A stretch of 64,000 nucleotides of DNA from Kudoa neothunni (lineage: Eukaryota > Animalia > Cnidaria): the NCBI GenBank assembly GCA_964304625.1, contig OZ199840.1, forward strand, positions 3,423,631-3,487,630, given 5' to 3'. The position numbers and the translations under genes were made by a program. The stretch's first letter is position 1; every line of letters begins with the position of its first letter. This document shows positions 14,720-27,267 of this stretch, piece after piece. The notes beneath the pieces were generated by a model that worked only from the letters and a program-made list of their open reading frames with translations, was not told the DNA's origin and did no database searches.

Positions 14720-15000
14720 TAAGTTGCGCCTGATTTTTATCTTTGTAAACATAAAAAACTCCATTCCATAATAAAATGAGCTGAGAGTTGGACCATTTAT
14801 GCCAAAAAATTGACTGCTTATCATTATTGTTGAAGAATAACTAGAAATACTTTAACAACAATTTTAAATTCTCTCTTATGACGTGAAAGAATTATTTCTA
14901 TAGTTGAGTTTGAAGGTTTGATAGAAATTTAAATACTCGATACATTCAGGAGTGACACAAAAGATATTATGTTTTTCAATTTATGGATCCACTGGAAACC
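14720..15000 (+). mobile_element. Non-LTR retrotransposon reverse-transcriptase fossil
   Basis: Remnants S-G-V-T-Q...M-D-P-L (cf. GVxQG...LFNxxMDPL) and a degenerate LIF..K..S region; frameshifted. Confidence 0.35.
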
Positions 15001-15506
15001 TCATTGGGAATTTGAAGCAACAAATATATTGAACCTGAACTAAAATTTCATTTTTTCAATTAAACCAATACCATTACTGGGGCAACAAAGAAAACGATTC
15101 AACCTATCTTATAACTGAGACACACACAATAGTAATAGAAGTGACACGAGAGGAAAAGAAAATAACCTATCGATTGTATTCGTTGATATAAATCATTTAA
15201 AGGGTGAGAATTTTTTTTATATAGAGCTAGAGCCGTGGTTGGACATTCATAAAGTGTTAGTTCTAGTTAAATGGATAAAGTGGATCGATTGAATGGTTTT
15301 GTAACCAACGACCTGTTGGTGCTGTTTTGGTGACTGATCCCAAACCAGGATGCCAATTTAAAGATATAATTTATCAATAACATTCTTAGGCAATGTTATT
15401 TTGGTAGGTGACTTTGTAATATATTGTTTGAGGGTTGTTTTTAAATTCCAATTCTGGAGAACCTGAATTAGACTTGAACCCACACTTACATTGGTTCGGC
15501 TAATCG

Positions 15507-17303
15507 ATGGCAAATACAATCTTTGGCGGTTCTGTGTGGTTTGCTGTTCCATTATTGTGTTTTATCACATTGAAAATCCATGTATATACGTTAGAAACTG
15601 TAGAATATGGGAGCGAATCGATTCCCTCTATAAATTCGGCTGATTTTAAATCCGCTAGCGGTCTGCTTGAGTTTTTCTACCATGATTTTGAAAAAATGAC
15701 CTTATATATACAACGGCTGTCACATCAATATCCTCAGATAACTAGGTTATATTCGGTGGGTAATTCGGTGGAAGGAAGAGCACTTTGGGTTCTCGAAATT
15801 ACCGAAAATCCAGGCGTACATGTTCTACTTAAACCCGAATTTAAATATATTGCCAATATGCATGGTAACGAAGCTGTGGGTAGAGAACTTTTGTTGGATT
15901 TGGCAACCTATTTTTGTAAAAACTACTACTCAAATTACACTGTTAATTATCTCCCTCACAGATGTAATCTAATAATGGGTTATAGATCAGGAAACTTTTA
16001 CAAGAAACACGGATTCATTTGATGATATCAATGAATCCGGATGGTTTCGAAAAATCAAACAACAACGGAAGAGTTAATTGGATTATTGGCAGAAATAATG
16101 CTCGGGATGTGGATCTAAACAGAAACTTCCCCGATATATTTGATATAAAGAAAGGCAACATACCGGTGGCCCAACCTGAGACGTCCAACGTTATCAACTG
16201 GATGAACTCGATACCTTTTGTGTTGTCAGCCAATTTGCATGGAGGAAGTCTTGTGGCCAACTATCCCTATGACAATAACTATGAGGGTGTCGTAAAAGAG
16301 ACGCCCACCGATGACAACGACATTTTTGTTTTTCTAGCTACCACATACTCTTTCACTCATCCAACAATGCATAGTGATACACCCCCCTGGGAATGTACAG
16401 ATGTTATGCCGGATCGATTTCGTAATGGAATCACCAACGGTGCTGCTTGGTATAATGTTCCTAATGGAATGCAAGATTTTAATTATGCATTTTCCAACTG
16501 TTTTGATATCACACTTGAACTTGGTTGTAACAAATTTCCCCCGGAAAAACTTCTTCCAAACTACTGGGAAGATAATAGGGACGCTTTAATATTATTTATA
16601 ATGCAGGTATATAAAATTTGGGACTCGAAATAATAATCGAAACTGAATTATTTAATATAAAATCTATTAGATTCATCGTGGAATCAAAGGGATTGTGACA
16701 GATCTGGATGGACGACCTTTGTCAGGTGTGAGTGTGAATGTTGAGGGAAGATACCACACTATCAGCTCAACCAATTATGGAGATTATTTCCGACTTCTTT
16801 TACCTGGCAGCTATAGGATTAAATTCTCTAAAATTTCATTCGAACCAACAACTATCGAAGTATTATTAACTAATTCGAATCCTATCGTTGTGTACAATAT
16901 CACAATGACCCCTCAACAAATGCAACCAATGAAAGCATACCCGGACAATCCCAGGAAAAAAAATATTTTTCCACATAACAAAAATCATCTTTTGGTCAGA
17001 AATGCTGACAAAAAACCCAGTATAATATCAAAAGTACAGAATATAATTATTGTGTTTTTAGAGAAGGTGGATTCAATTAGAAGGCGAAAAAAGTTTATGA
17101 CCAATCATCTAATGAAATCTTTATTTAAGGATAAAAAAGATAATATATTGGTGAAAAATGAAGATAAAAAGAATAGTAAGAAATTTAAAGAGATAACAAC
17201 TTTTATGTTATTATTAGAGAAATCGAATTTCAATCAAAAGAAAAAGTTTATGAAAAATCATTTAGAGTGGTCCGTATTTAAAGATCAAAGACAAGCTGCC
17301 TAA
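15507..17303 (+). CDS. Secretory M14B zinc carboxypeptidase (CPD/CPE/CPM-like; one catalytic domain, transthyretin-like domain, duplicated basic tail)
   Basis: Hydrophobic N-terminal signal; KPEFKYIANMHGNE, GRNN..DLNRNFP, SANLHGG, NGAAWY, GMQDFNY, TLELGC, GDYFRLLLPG. Introns 15942-15985 (44 nt) and 16607-16670 (64 nt). Zinc ligands and catalytic Glu are present. Confidence 0.93.
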
Positions 17304-17544
17304 TATATCAGCATTAGCTAGGTTTAATTTTCTTGTTTGAATGCCAAATCTACTTTTTTTAAAATTATTTGCGTTTTTATTCAATTATCAAACATATTTA
17401 ACACTCGTGCAGAGACTGAAGTATGTCTAACCCATATATGGTGGGATCTTTATTATCAGTGATATTTTCGCTGTTCAGTTTAAATTTATAAGAATTTCAA
17501 TAAATCTCTTTATTAGGTTTTATTAAAAAGACGTCACTTTGATA

Positions 17545-17670
17545 ATAACGAATCTGTTCATTAACTTGGGTTTGTGCATGTGAAAACTATAAATAATCGA
17601 TATCATTTATTTTTACTCCAGAGAAAGTATCTCTACACATATTCAAAAAGTGTGTGTTTGAAGTCATAAA
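17545..17670 (+). mobile_element. Merlin/ISXO2-like transposase fragment
   Basis: L-G-F-V-H-V-K-T-I-N resembles the Merlin GYxHxTVNH motif; heavily decayed. Confidence 0.3.
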
Positions 17671-18577
17671 ATATAATTTCCGCTTTCAAAAGTTACACTA
17701 TTAGAGAAAAATATGAGTTACTGTTCAAAATATCCAAATGACACTAAAATATTACCGGTAGTTAAAAAAACTTCTTTTTTAACCAAACTGAAACTAAAAA
17801 ATTATTTAATTTCATTTATATTTGAAGATACATAAAAATTAGCATAACTTGGTTTGGTCAAAAACTACCATTTTATATAAACTTAGAAAATCTAAATGTA
17901 AAAAAATTGATTTCCTGGCGTTAAAATAAACATAGAATTATTTGTTAATTATGGGAACTAATAGTTTTCGATAAAGTAAAATATGAGATTAAATTAATTT
18001 ATTATTTAAAGAAATAATTCTAAATCCAAATACTCGTTACATCTAGATTCATTTTAAAGTTTATAAGGTGGATTATGGATATTTTGCACGCAGTAAAATA
18101 ATATATTTGAATTTGAGTTCTAATCAAAGAAAATTTATTTATAAATGTTAAATAATGTATAATATACACATTTAAGAAGCAAAATAATGCGAGAAATTTT
18201 ATATTCTGTTTATATAATTAACGATTAATATTTATTGTTTTCCTTTTTTTTTTCGAATCCTCCAAAAAGTGTACAATAAGCAACATTGATTGTTGATAAA
18301 TACGCAACAATTTCATGTGCTAACTGTTTATAATTTCGGGAGATATTATTAATCAAAAAATCATCACCTTATGTTTAATCAAAACCATTTTTATTAAACT
18401 TTAAATATAATATCCATTGAAATTTTGAATATGTATTAAATAAAAATAATTATTTAAAATTATATGCTCATAAACAAAGAAATTTCAGTATTTGAAAGAA
18501 ACGAATATAAAATTTATCAAGAAAAAGTACAAGAAGAAAAACTCGATCCAAATAAAACAAGCCAATTTAAATTGGGT

Positions 18578-21500
18578 TTATAATTTAGAAATATTCTTAA
18601 TAAAAATATCAGGTGTCAGCAATTGTGTGGACCCAATAACTGTGTCATAATTATTTTCAACACCAACCTCATGGGCACATCTGATTTCGGAGAACGTTAG
18701 ACCACCAACAACAAAAACGATAACTCTGCTATCGTTCGTTTTTGACGTTTTGCTAGAGTTATCTTGTTTCCACTTGCCAAATTGGAAACGGCTTCCTCCT
18801 CCTGAATTGCTATTCTAAATAGCAGTAATGAGCTAAAAAGCGACACCAACCTAAAAATTACTCTAGCGTCACCATCGTTGTTGTCGGAGGTAGAAATCTC
18901 AACAAATTCTTTGTTAGAAATTTTTTTTGAGATAACTTCCTTCATAATCATCTTCAGAGGCGGTACGAAACGGGAAAGACTGTATCCACCCTCGACGTAT
19001 TCTTGTGGACGATATAAAGATTTGGATACATTATCATTTTCCATAACTCTGAGATTCATTTTGTTAAATTTTGTAAATATAGTTTTGTCATTTTTGAGTT
19101 TTCCATGTTCAATAATCTAATTAGACAAAATAAGAGTCAAGAAGGCAGTGCAGTGTGTAAGCATCCATTATTGATGTTGTTTCTCCATTTGGAGTCTAAC
19201 CACCATATCACATCCGTTAGCCAAAAAACTATTTTTAACCATTTATCTATAAAATAAGCCAGAACAACCTCGTTTCATAATACAAAGGATAAAAATCTTC
19301 ATTACTTCTTTATATTATCAATTTTTTTGGATCAAGACAAAATTATAGTTATTGTTCAATACCAACCATGGCTGATAAGATTTTTTATTAATTATTTGAA
19401 AAGATGGACAATAATATCTGCGGATTGAAAAAACAGCTGATATCTGATATTTTACGATTAAATTTGAAGCTTATATTATAAAACTGAATTTTATACAAAA
19501 CATAAAATTATTCGAATTCCACTAATACTTTGATGCCAATATTACATACATATCTTCCAAATTTTATAAATATATACATATATCCTAATATATAAAGTAG
19601 TAGTTTCAGTATGTTTGTCATAAGCACACACACACACACAATGAAATTTTTACCCCTTATAAACAGATATCTATGGACCAATAATAGTTTAATTTATCGA
19701 AAAAATTCTTTAAATGCCATTAAATCTTTGAAAGCTTAAAAAGGATTTGTAAATTATATTAAAATTTTGAAATATAACAATAAGGTTCACGTTGGCCGAA
19801 TTAATGATTAATATATAGCGCACATGCCATAATATAATAGATTAAAAACTCAAAATATTAGGACCGCGTCCTTAGATTCCATTAGAGCGAACTACTAAAT
19901 TGAACATTCGCTAATAAAGTTCGATATAAAAATTATAATTTTACCATATATAATTAATCAAATTATTTAGATTGATATTAACGTGATTCGTAGCTATTTG
20001 CCAGAACGAGCGTATTTAAATTTATATTGGGTATTAATTTGAGCAATATAAATTGACTATCACAAGTTTTCGTCAAGCTATATATTTGTTTCTAGCTGTA
20101 TAGTCTCCTTAAACTTATTGTGAACATCATTTCGCCAACCACAATTTTTAAAAGAATGACTCCAATTTTTTATTTTAAATAATTCTATGAATTAACTGAA
20201 ATCATTCATATATTTGTTTTAATAATTTAAACGATTTTTTAATGAAAAACATCCCCCTTGCATAACTCTTCGTTAGGCAATTCTCATTAATATTTGATAA
20301 TTTAAGACCGTTAAAACTCAATAATAGATTCAAAAACAAATGTCACTATTTTATTTAGTTATTTCCATTTAGATATTAATATTCTTAAATATATTAAAAT
20401 AGCTAATCCCTTTAATACATAAAAATAATTTCAAATAACTTCGCGCGCATAATTTGAACCATCTCATAAAAAATCATTTCAGCAGCTAATTTAATATCTA
20501 ATCAATTTAGTTAATTAAAAAAATGATATACAGATAACATCACGAAAACAAACTAGACTTTCGAATTAAAAGTTCAATCATTGAATCATTTTAAAGAACC
20601 CTTGAGTTGAATTTTGGCTAATTATAACTATACATTTACGAATTAACTGAAATCCCGAATTTCCTCGAAAAAATGTTGTATTTCCGTTTCATTTTTAAAA
20701 TTCCTCTCGAATTAATAATAAAAGGACCAATTTCATATCTATTTCGGTATTATTTCAATATGCGTAAAATACTTACAAAAGTAACTAGGAATCAATTATT
20801 TATTGGTGTATACAAATTTAATCTCATGCATGTTTTTTTAATAATTGTTGTTAAATTCTAGCCTATTCTTACAGTTATACGGGGGGGGGGGAATTATTAA
20901 ATATATAAGCTACACAAAAATATATGTTATAGGTAATATTATGACGGGAACCCCTTAAATTTAAAATAGTAAAACGCACACGCAATTAAGAAATTAAAAT
21001 TTTTAATCCCGCGATGACCAATGACCACACATACATATAAATGAAAAACAACAGTTTGTTACAAATATATTATTCTGAAATTGAATAGCTGATTAATATT
21101 TAAGTAAATAATTAAAAAAACACAATGGATTTAAACATATAAGACAACAAGATATTTCTTTGTATTGTAATATTGTATATATCGAAAATATTGAATAATC
21201 ATTAATAACTCGTATAACATCATAGGAAGCAGTAAACAATATGAAAATCAAAACCAATTAATATAAGCAGGTGAAACTATTCTATTCCTATTCTAGAATC
21301 AATACGTAAAAATAAACATTAATTTGGTGGGGATCGATTAAATTTCAACGGATGTGAACATGATATTTTGACTCGAATAGTAACTAAAAATTATATACCT
21401 TATCCAAGTTATCCTGGATGAGACCATCCTTCTTCGAAAGAGCATATAAAAGAATAACACGTAACTTCTCTTCGTTTGAATAATTTCCTTGAAGTATGGG

Positions 21501-22810
21501 CAACATGTGCCCGACAGGATCGGTGACAACTTCGCCATTTTTGTTGGTACCAGTGGCAATATCCTGTTCGATGGCGCACAAGTTTTCCAATTTTCTGCTT
21601 TCAAATTGATTGTAACAGGATTCCGCCAAATGAAGTAGCACCTAAATTAAAGTGAATTGTCAGCTACACCGAAGATCAACTACCTGATATCTGTTAAGTT
21701 CGGCTTTATATTGCGGCAACTTGGACAACATAACTTTCAAATCTTGCAGTGATCCTTTGTTAGCGGGCAATTTCATTTTGTTCTGCGACGCCAGCTCTTT
21801 TATTTTCCCAGGAACCTGACGATGAGAATGTGAGATTTATTTTTTTTCGTTTGAGGAAAACAATCAACAAATTACCAACTGCAAAACATCTGCAATATGT
21901 TTGTAGGCGATTTGTGACCACATCTCATTGGATTCGTCGAGAAAACTTGTAGTTTCAACCCCATTCAAATTTTTATACACATAAACATTATCGGTAAGGT
22001 TGAGAATGTCTGCTGCCATTGCTTGAAGAGTGAGCTCATGAACCAACGGAGTCATTCCATCGTAACTTCGGTCCAGTAGAATAAGGGTGGTAGGTTTGTT
22101 TGGGATATCGCTGCTGTTGGTCACAAGCTCAAAACCTTTCAACTTTTCCGATATAATGTTGACTAATTTGCAACAACTGTCGGAGTTTTTCTGAGCAACC
22201 ACTGTAGGTTTGCAATTCAATGTGACACAAACATATGCCAGTTGTTCGCCTAATTTTTCCAAATATTTGCTTAAATCCTTGTTCGTGGCACTATTTCAGA
22301 CGACCATATAGTCACAAATATTTATGCAATATTAGATTGAGATTACCCATATAGAATACCATAGGAATCGGTAGTTTTGCAATCAGTAGTAAACACATTT
22401 CGACTATTGATAAAAAAATCAATATATGACTCGGAAAGGGTTTTTAGGCGTCTTATGAGATTAGAATTTTTTATAATATCAATCAAATTTCGATCCAAAT
22501 GACTTGTACAAAATATATGCGCTCCTGAGTACAATGGCTTTTCAGCAGACTCGAAATCTTTCACCACTCTTTTGATGTTGGTTTCGGTTGGTGATATAAA
22601 ATAGATAGCATCCATCTTAAGGGGTTGTCTATTTTTGGCCAACATCTCAACACTTGTTACACCACTATTGAGAATATCTTTCATTTTACACACCGACGAT
22701 AACACTCCCAAACTGTATTCATCACATATGAGAAGACATCTAGCACTTCTATTTTCACATTCGATTATATTTTTGGTTATACGGTTGAATGCTATTTGTT
22801 TTAAAGACAT
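18578..22810 (-). CDS. STXBP1: Sec1/Munc18 family protein (syntaxin-binding protein 1-like)
   Basis: RQPL..DAIYFISPT, LILLDRSYD..TPLVHELTLQAM, EQDIATG, EKLRVILLY, Y.LSRFVP, VIVFVVGGLTFSEIRCA, VIGSTQLLTP. Six exons; introns include 22291-22346 and a 2282-nt intron at 19117-21398. Stop TAA ends at 18578. Confidence 0.92.
19583..19640 (+). mobile_element. Helitron 5' end inside the long Munc18 intron
   Basis: A|TCCtaatatataaag...gtatgtttgtc followed by a (CA)n run, similar to the other Helitron 5' ends; 3' end not located. Confidence 0.45.
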
Positions 22811-23559
22811 AATTTTCTACACAAATACCCTAATCTTATTTAGGTGCGATGTTCCACGAGATGTTAATCGTTATTTGCGATGAGAGTGTCAGTTGCTGGG
22901 GTTTTGGTTATTTTTCGTTTATTATAATATCAAAGGATACGAAATTTTCTTGTAGATTGGTTTCTCGATTCATATATTTCAAATGTTTGTTAATTCATGA
23001 AATTTCTTAATCCTATAATTAGTTGTTAAGCTTAACAATTAATTTAAATAATTTTGCTCTTATGACACCCAATGTACATTTAAATATACTAAAATATACA
23101 TGATAGAAATCGAAATCGTTAAAAAAACGATTTCGATAAGATTATAACGTTTGAAATATTTTACTTATTGCTAGGTTTTAAAATTAAAATTTTGTAGGTA
23201 GTTTCACCAAATTTCAATCGGAAGATATAAATTGAATGTTCCTAAATTATGCTGTAATTTAAAGTATGAGAATCAATATTGAATTTTTTTAAATTTTATA
23301 ATGCAAGTTTATGGAAAAAATAGATTTTTAATTTAATATAATTATGGGATTAGTTAAAATGAAAAATAATTTTTAATGAGATACGCATGCAAAATTGCTT
23401 GAATATTTAAAGATATGACAGTCTCATATGTAACAGATTTGAACACATCATAATGAATTACAACGTTCAATCTGAAAAGTTAAAATGTAGCTGCTCCACA
23501 TCAAAAGAGAACGTTTGTGATGTGGAGCTAGGATGTTTCTAATCATGATGCCATCTCAG

Positions 23560-23870
23560 TCTCAGATGACGGTATCATTATTTTAGGTAAAAACAAGGAT
23601 GATCTTAAGTCGCAGGAATACTTTTCTGATGACGAAGAGCACTATTTTGATGAGAAAAAGTCTCAAACGTTCAGTAAAATACCTAAAAAGATTTTTTAGC
23701 TCTTCATTGCTTAACTGGATTTCCCGAGAAACTAATGCACATTCTGTTCAATGTGACGACTCCTTCAGAATTGATGTGGTAGGGATGGAAAAATACATAG
23801 GTATTGTTATTTTAATTATTATTCTCAAAATACCGAGGATTCGTCGCTATTGGCAAAACAATTGAAGTAT
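23560..23870 (+). mobile_element. piggyBac transposase fossil
   Basis: I-S-R-E-T-N...M-E-K-Y-I-G-I-V-I-L...K-I-P-R-I-R-R-Y-W matches the PGBD N-terminal blocks (ETNxYA; ExxxFxGxxxxM; PxxxxYW). Confidence 0.7.
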
Positions 23871-25996
23871 TTTGTCTATAGTTCTTTATGGTTTTGTTCG
23901 AATATTATATCGTTGCGTAGCCAAATCAGCTCCGCTTTATCCCAATGTATATTTAAACATATAAGGTAAAAGGATAAATAATTAAGATTCAATAATTGGC
24001 ATTTTTTGAAATTTTGTATTTTTGAAATTGCACATATTTGGAAATATATTTTGTTCGTGAGAAAAAATAAAGTAGGGATTGAATAAATTAAAATGTGGGA
24101 TAATGAAATTTATTATTAGTAGGATTGCACCGATACCAAGGTTTTCCGTGACCTCGGTACTCGCAAAATTACCGATACTCAAAATAGATACCATAGACTC
24201 GATGTTTTGAACTAATTATAAAATAACCTAAATTATACCTCTAATTTAATTTCATTTTATCAAAATTCAATATTATTGGCCATCTGATTAATTATTTTTG
24301 TTTTTAATACTCACACATTGTACTCAAAAAGATAAAAAAAATCCATTATTTCTTTAAATTTAATATGCGTTTTCAATAAATTTTATATTCACAATAAAAT
24401 CGTAAAAATGGTCAACATAATAACAACCGCGTTTATTCCAAGAAGTAAAGCTGTTTGATAAATTGGTGATAATGCGCGGTTTTACGTAATTCACACTATG
24501 ATATATTAAATGATTTTTTTGCTTTATTAAAACATTTATTAAATCTTTGTTTGTTGCCAAAAGAACACATTTTGTTTTTTTCTTATTAAATTGTTACTAT
24601 TTTAATACAGCCAATAAAGTTAATAAGAATTATTTTGTGGGGTCTTTAGTCTTTAATAACACGGATTAATTAATTTTCGTCCACGAATTTTGCATTTAAT
24701 CAACTCGAAATTGATTGAGCTATTGGTATTAAATTAATTAATATTTTCATAGATTTTTCAATAAAAAATTGTGTTATCTATAATATGATTGCATTTCGGA
24801 TTCTGTTGCATTTACATGATTAATTTAATTTAATTTTAATTGGTTAAATAATAATATACTATTATTTGCGTAAAATAATTTATTTTATCTAACTAAAGAA
24901 TAATTATCAATATATAAAAAATGATAATAAATTTATCAGAATGATGTTATTAATTGGATATGGGGTAAATTTAGATTTATTACTAACTGTGTTGATTACG
25001 TAGAAAGTATAATATTGAAAGCTGTTAGTATAATAAATAAGTAATTTAATGCATGTATATAATGCAAGCATAAAATATTTTTCTATTTTTAACAATTCTC
25101 CTAGATACTCACTTATAAGTTAAACTTGTAGTTTCCAAAATAAATGAATTATTATTATTATTATAATAAGGAATATTATTGGATAATTATGATAAAATTT
25201 AGTTAAAATAATGCACAATTCAAACGAAAAATATACGCAGGAGCACAATATGGTATTATTATTTGTTTTGGGGAGTCCTGAATATTTCAATACTCGTTTA
25301 AAAATGGTATCGACGGAACTTCAGTCTAAGATTATAATTTTAGCGCATTCTTAATGAGAATGCAGTTTGACATTAACGTTAATTAATTCCACGAACTATG
25401 GAATAATAATAATAAATATCTTTCCAAGAGGTCCGTTTCATTAACGTAATTTAAGAAATTATATATTTCTTTTAATGAGAAATAAAAAAATTAAGAAACT
25501 ATGTATTTAGACAATTTTATTCTGAAGCGATATTTTGCGAAATAAGCCAGAAATCTACCGAACATGCATAAGTGGATTAAAATTCTCATTAGTTGTTGAA
25601 TTTCTCATTAAATACACGATAAAACTTCTCATAACCTACCAGTAACATAAAGAGAATTTTTAAAATAATAACACATGGAGTATTTACACCTAAAATATTT
25701 GTTGGGCGGTGGCAATTTTTTATCAGAAATATTAAAATAGGAGACATGAAAATTTGGAAAATTGTGAAATATAAGAATTCTAACAAAATTATCATTAAAT
25801 TATGAGAATTTATTTTATTTAAGTAATTCGTTCCACTACCAAAACAGGAAATCGGGACCTAATAAGGATTATTTGATGTCGACCGTGAATACCGTTGAAT
25901 TGGTGGTTGGTGTCGAATATTTTATTTGAATAGTCAGTTGATTAGTTTCTGTTATTGGTTGAGCAAACGAAAACCAAAGTTTCACAACACAGTTAA

Positions 25997-27267
25997 ATGG
26001 AGATTATACGGGAGAAATTATGTGACTATGCAATCTCTTACCTGCAATACACAGGCGAACACACCAAATGGAGTTTTAACGTGGTGTTTTCTTCGATCAG
26101 CTGTTACACCACTATAGCTCTATTGCAAATGTGCACATCTGGATACACTATGAAAGAGCTGGAAGAATTCACTGGCTACAATTTTAGCGAATACACCCCA
26201 GATGAGATATCCAAAGTGAGTAATGTACTGAAACAATTGTTGGAGAATAACCCCTACAAAAAGTTCCAAGCCAAAATATTCACAGACTTTGAAGTGTCGC
26301 AGAAACTGTTTGAGAATTTGAAGCTATTGTTCAACTGTAGTCAAAACCACCCTCAACAAACCTTGCTTTACGCTCCACATCCATCGATTCAAACCGTCAA
26401 ATTTGATCAGAAAAATCAAACCATTAAACTAATAAACAATTGGCTGAAGAAAATGGCCAAGGATAAAATAATTCCACCCCTACAACGAACCGATATAGCA
26501 AATCACGGAAGGATTTTTGTGGTAGGGGCCAGTTGTTTTCGGAACAAACTTCGAATGGACCTTTGTGACACCACCAAAGTGAACAAACCATTTTTCAACT
26601 ATTTTGGTGAGGTAGTCTACACCGACTATGTCACTTTAGTGGGCAGTTGTAAGCTTTTCAAGGATGATACCAAAACCTTCAGCTTAATTGCTATGCCGTT
26701 CAAAGATGAACAGTATGAATATGTGATTTTGTTACCCAACTTCTCCAAGGTGACAATGAAATCATTCCTTCAGAATACAAATGTAGGTGTTGTTAGATAA
26801 TCTAATTATACGAATAGTTGTCATTTGCTAATTAAAATATGGGTTATTGTTTTTTTCATCAACTAATATTTGTTTAGTTCTACGAGGAGATCTTCTCTAT
26901 AATATATCACCTGCCGGTGACCAATAATGTCAAGGTGACAATACCCAAAATGAAGTTTTCAGATAAAAGAAACATCTTGGCCTTCATCAGTCACAAAGGA
27001 GTTACCACCTTAACCTCGACCGAATGTGACATTGGGAAACTCAATGAGAAACGGTTCCATCCAATCTCTCGACTCATCAACACAGTTTCCGTTGTGATAG
27101 AACCGATCTCTACCAATAAAAATGTTTACGATCCAAACCTTCTTAAATCCAGTTCAAAAAATCAAGTGTTTTTAGATCACCCTCACGTATCTATGGTATG
27201 GGATAGGAAATTGGGAGCTCCTATCTTCTCCTCAATAACACTCTCCACAACCAATATCAAAACTTAG
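25997..27267 (+). CDS. Divergent serpin, probably non-inhibitory
   Basis: NVVFSSIS..IALL (s6B/hB), INNW, T..KPF, LIAMPF.....YVILLP, V.VTIPK.K and DHP..MVWD...API.F. One intron, 26783-26877 (95 nt), joins the two ORFs in frame. Confidence 0.85.

Noticed and set aside
19140-19230. Possible intronic C/D snoRNA near the Munc18 acceptor
   Set aside because: Boxes C and D are only partial matches and there is no terminal stem.
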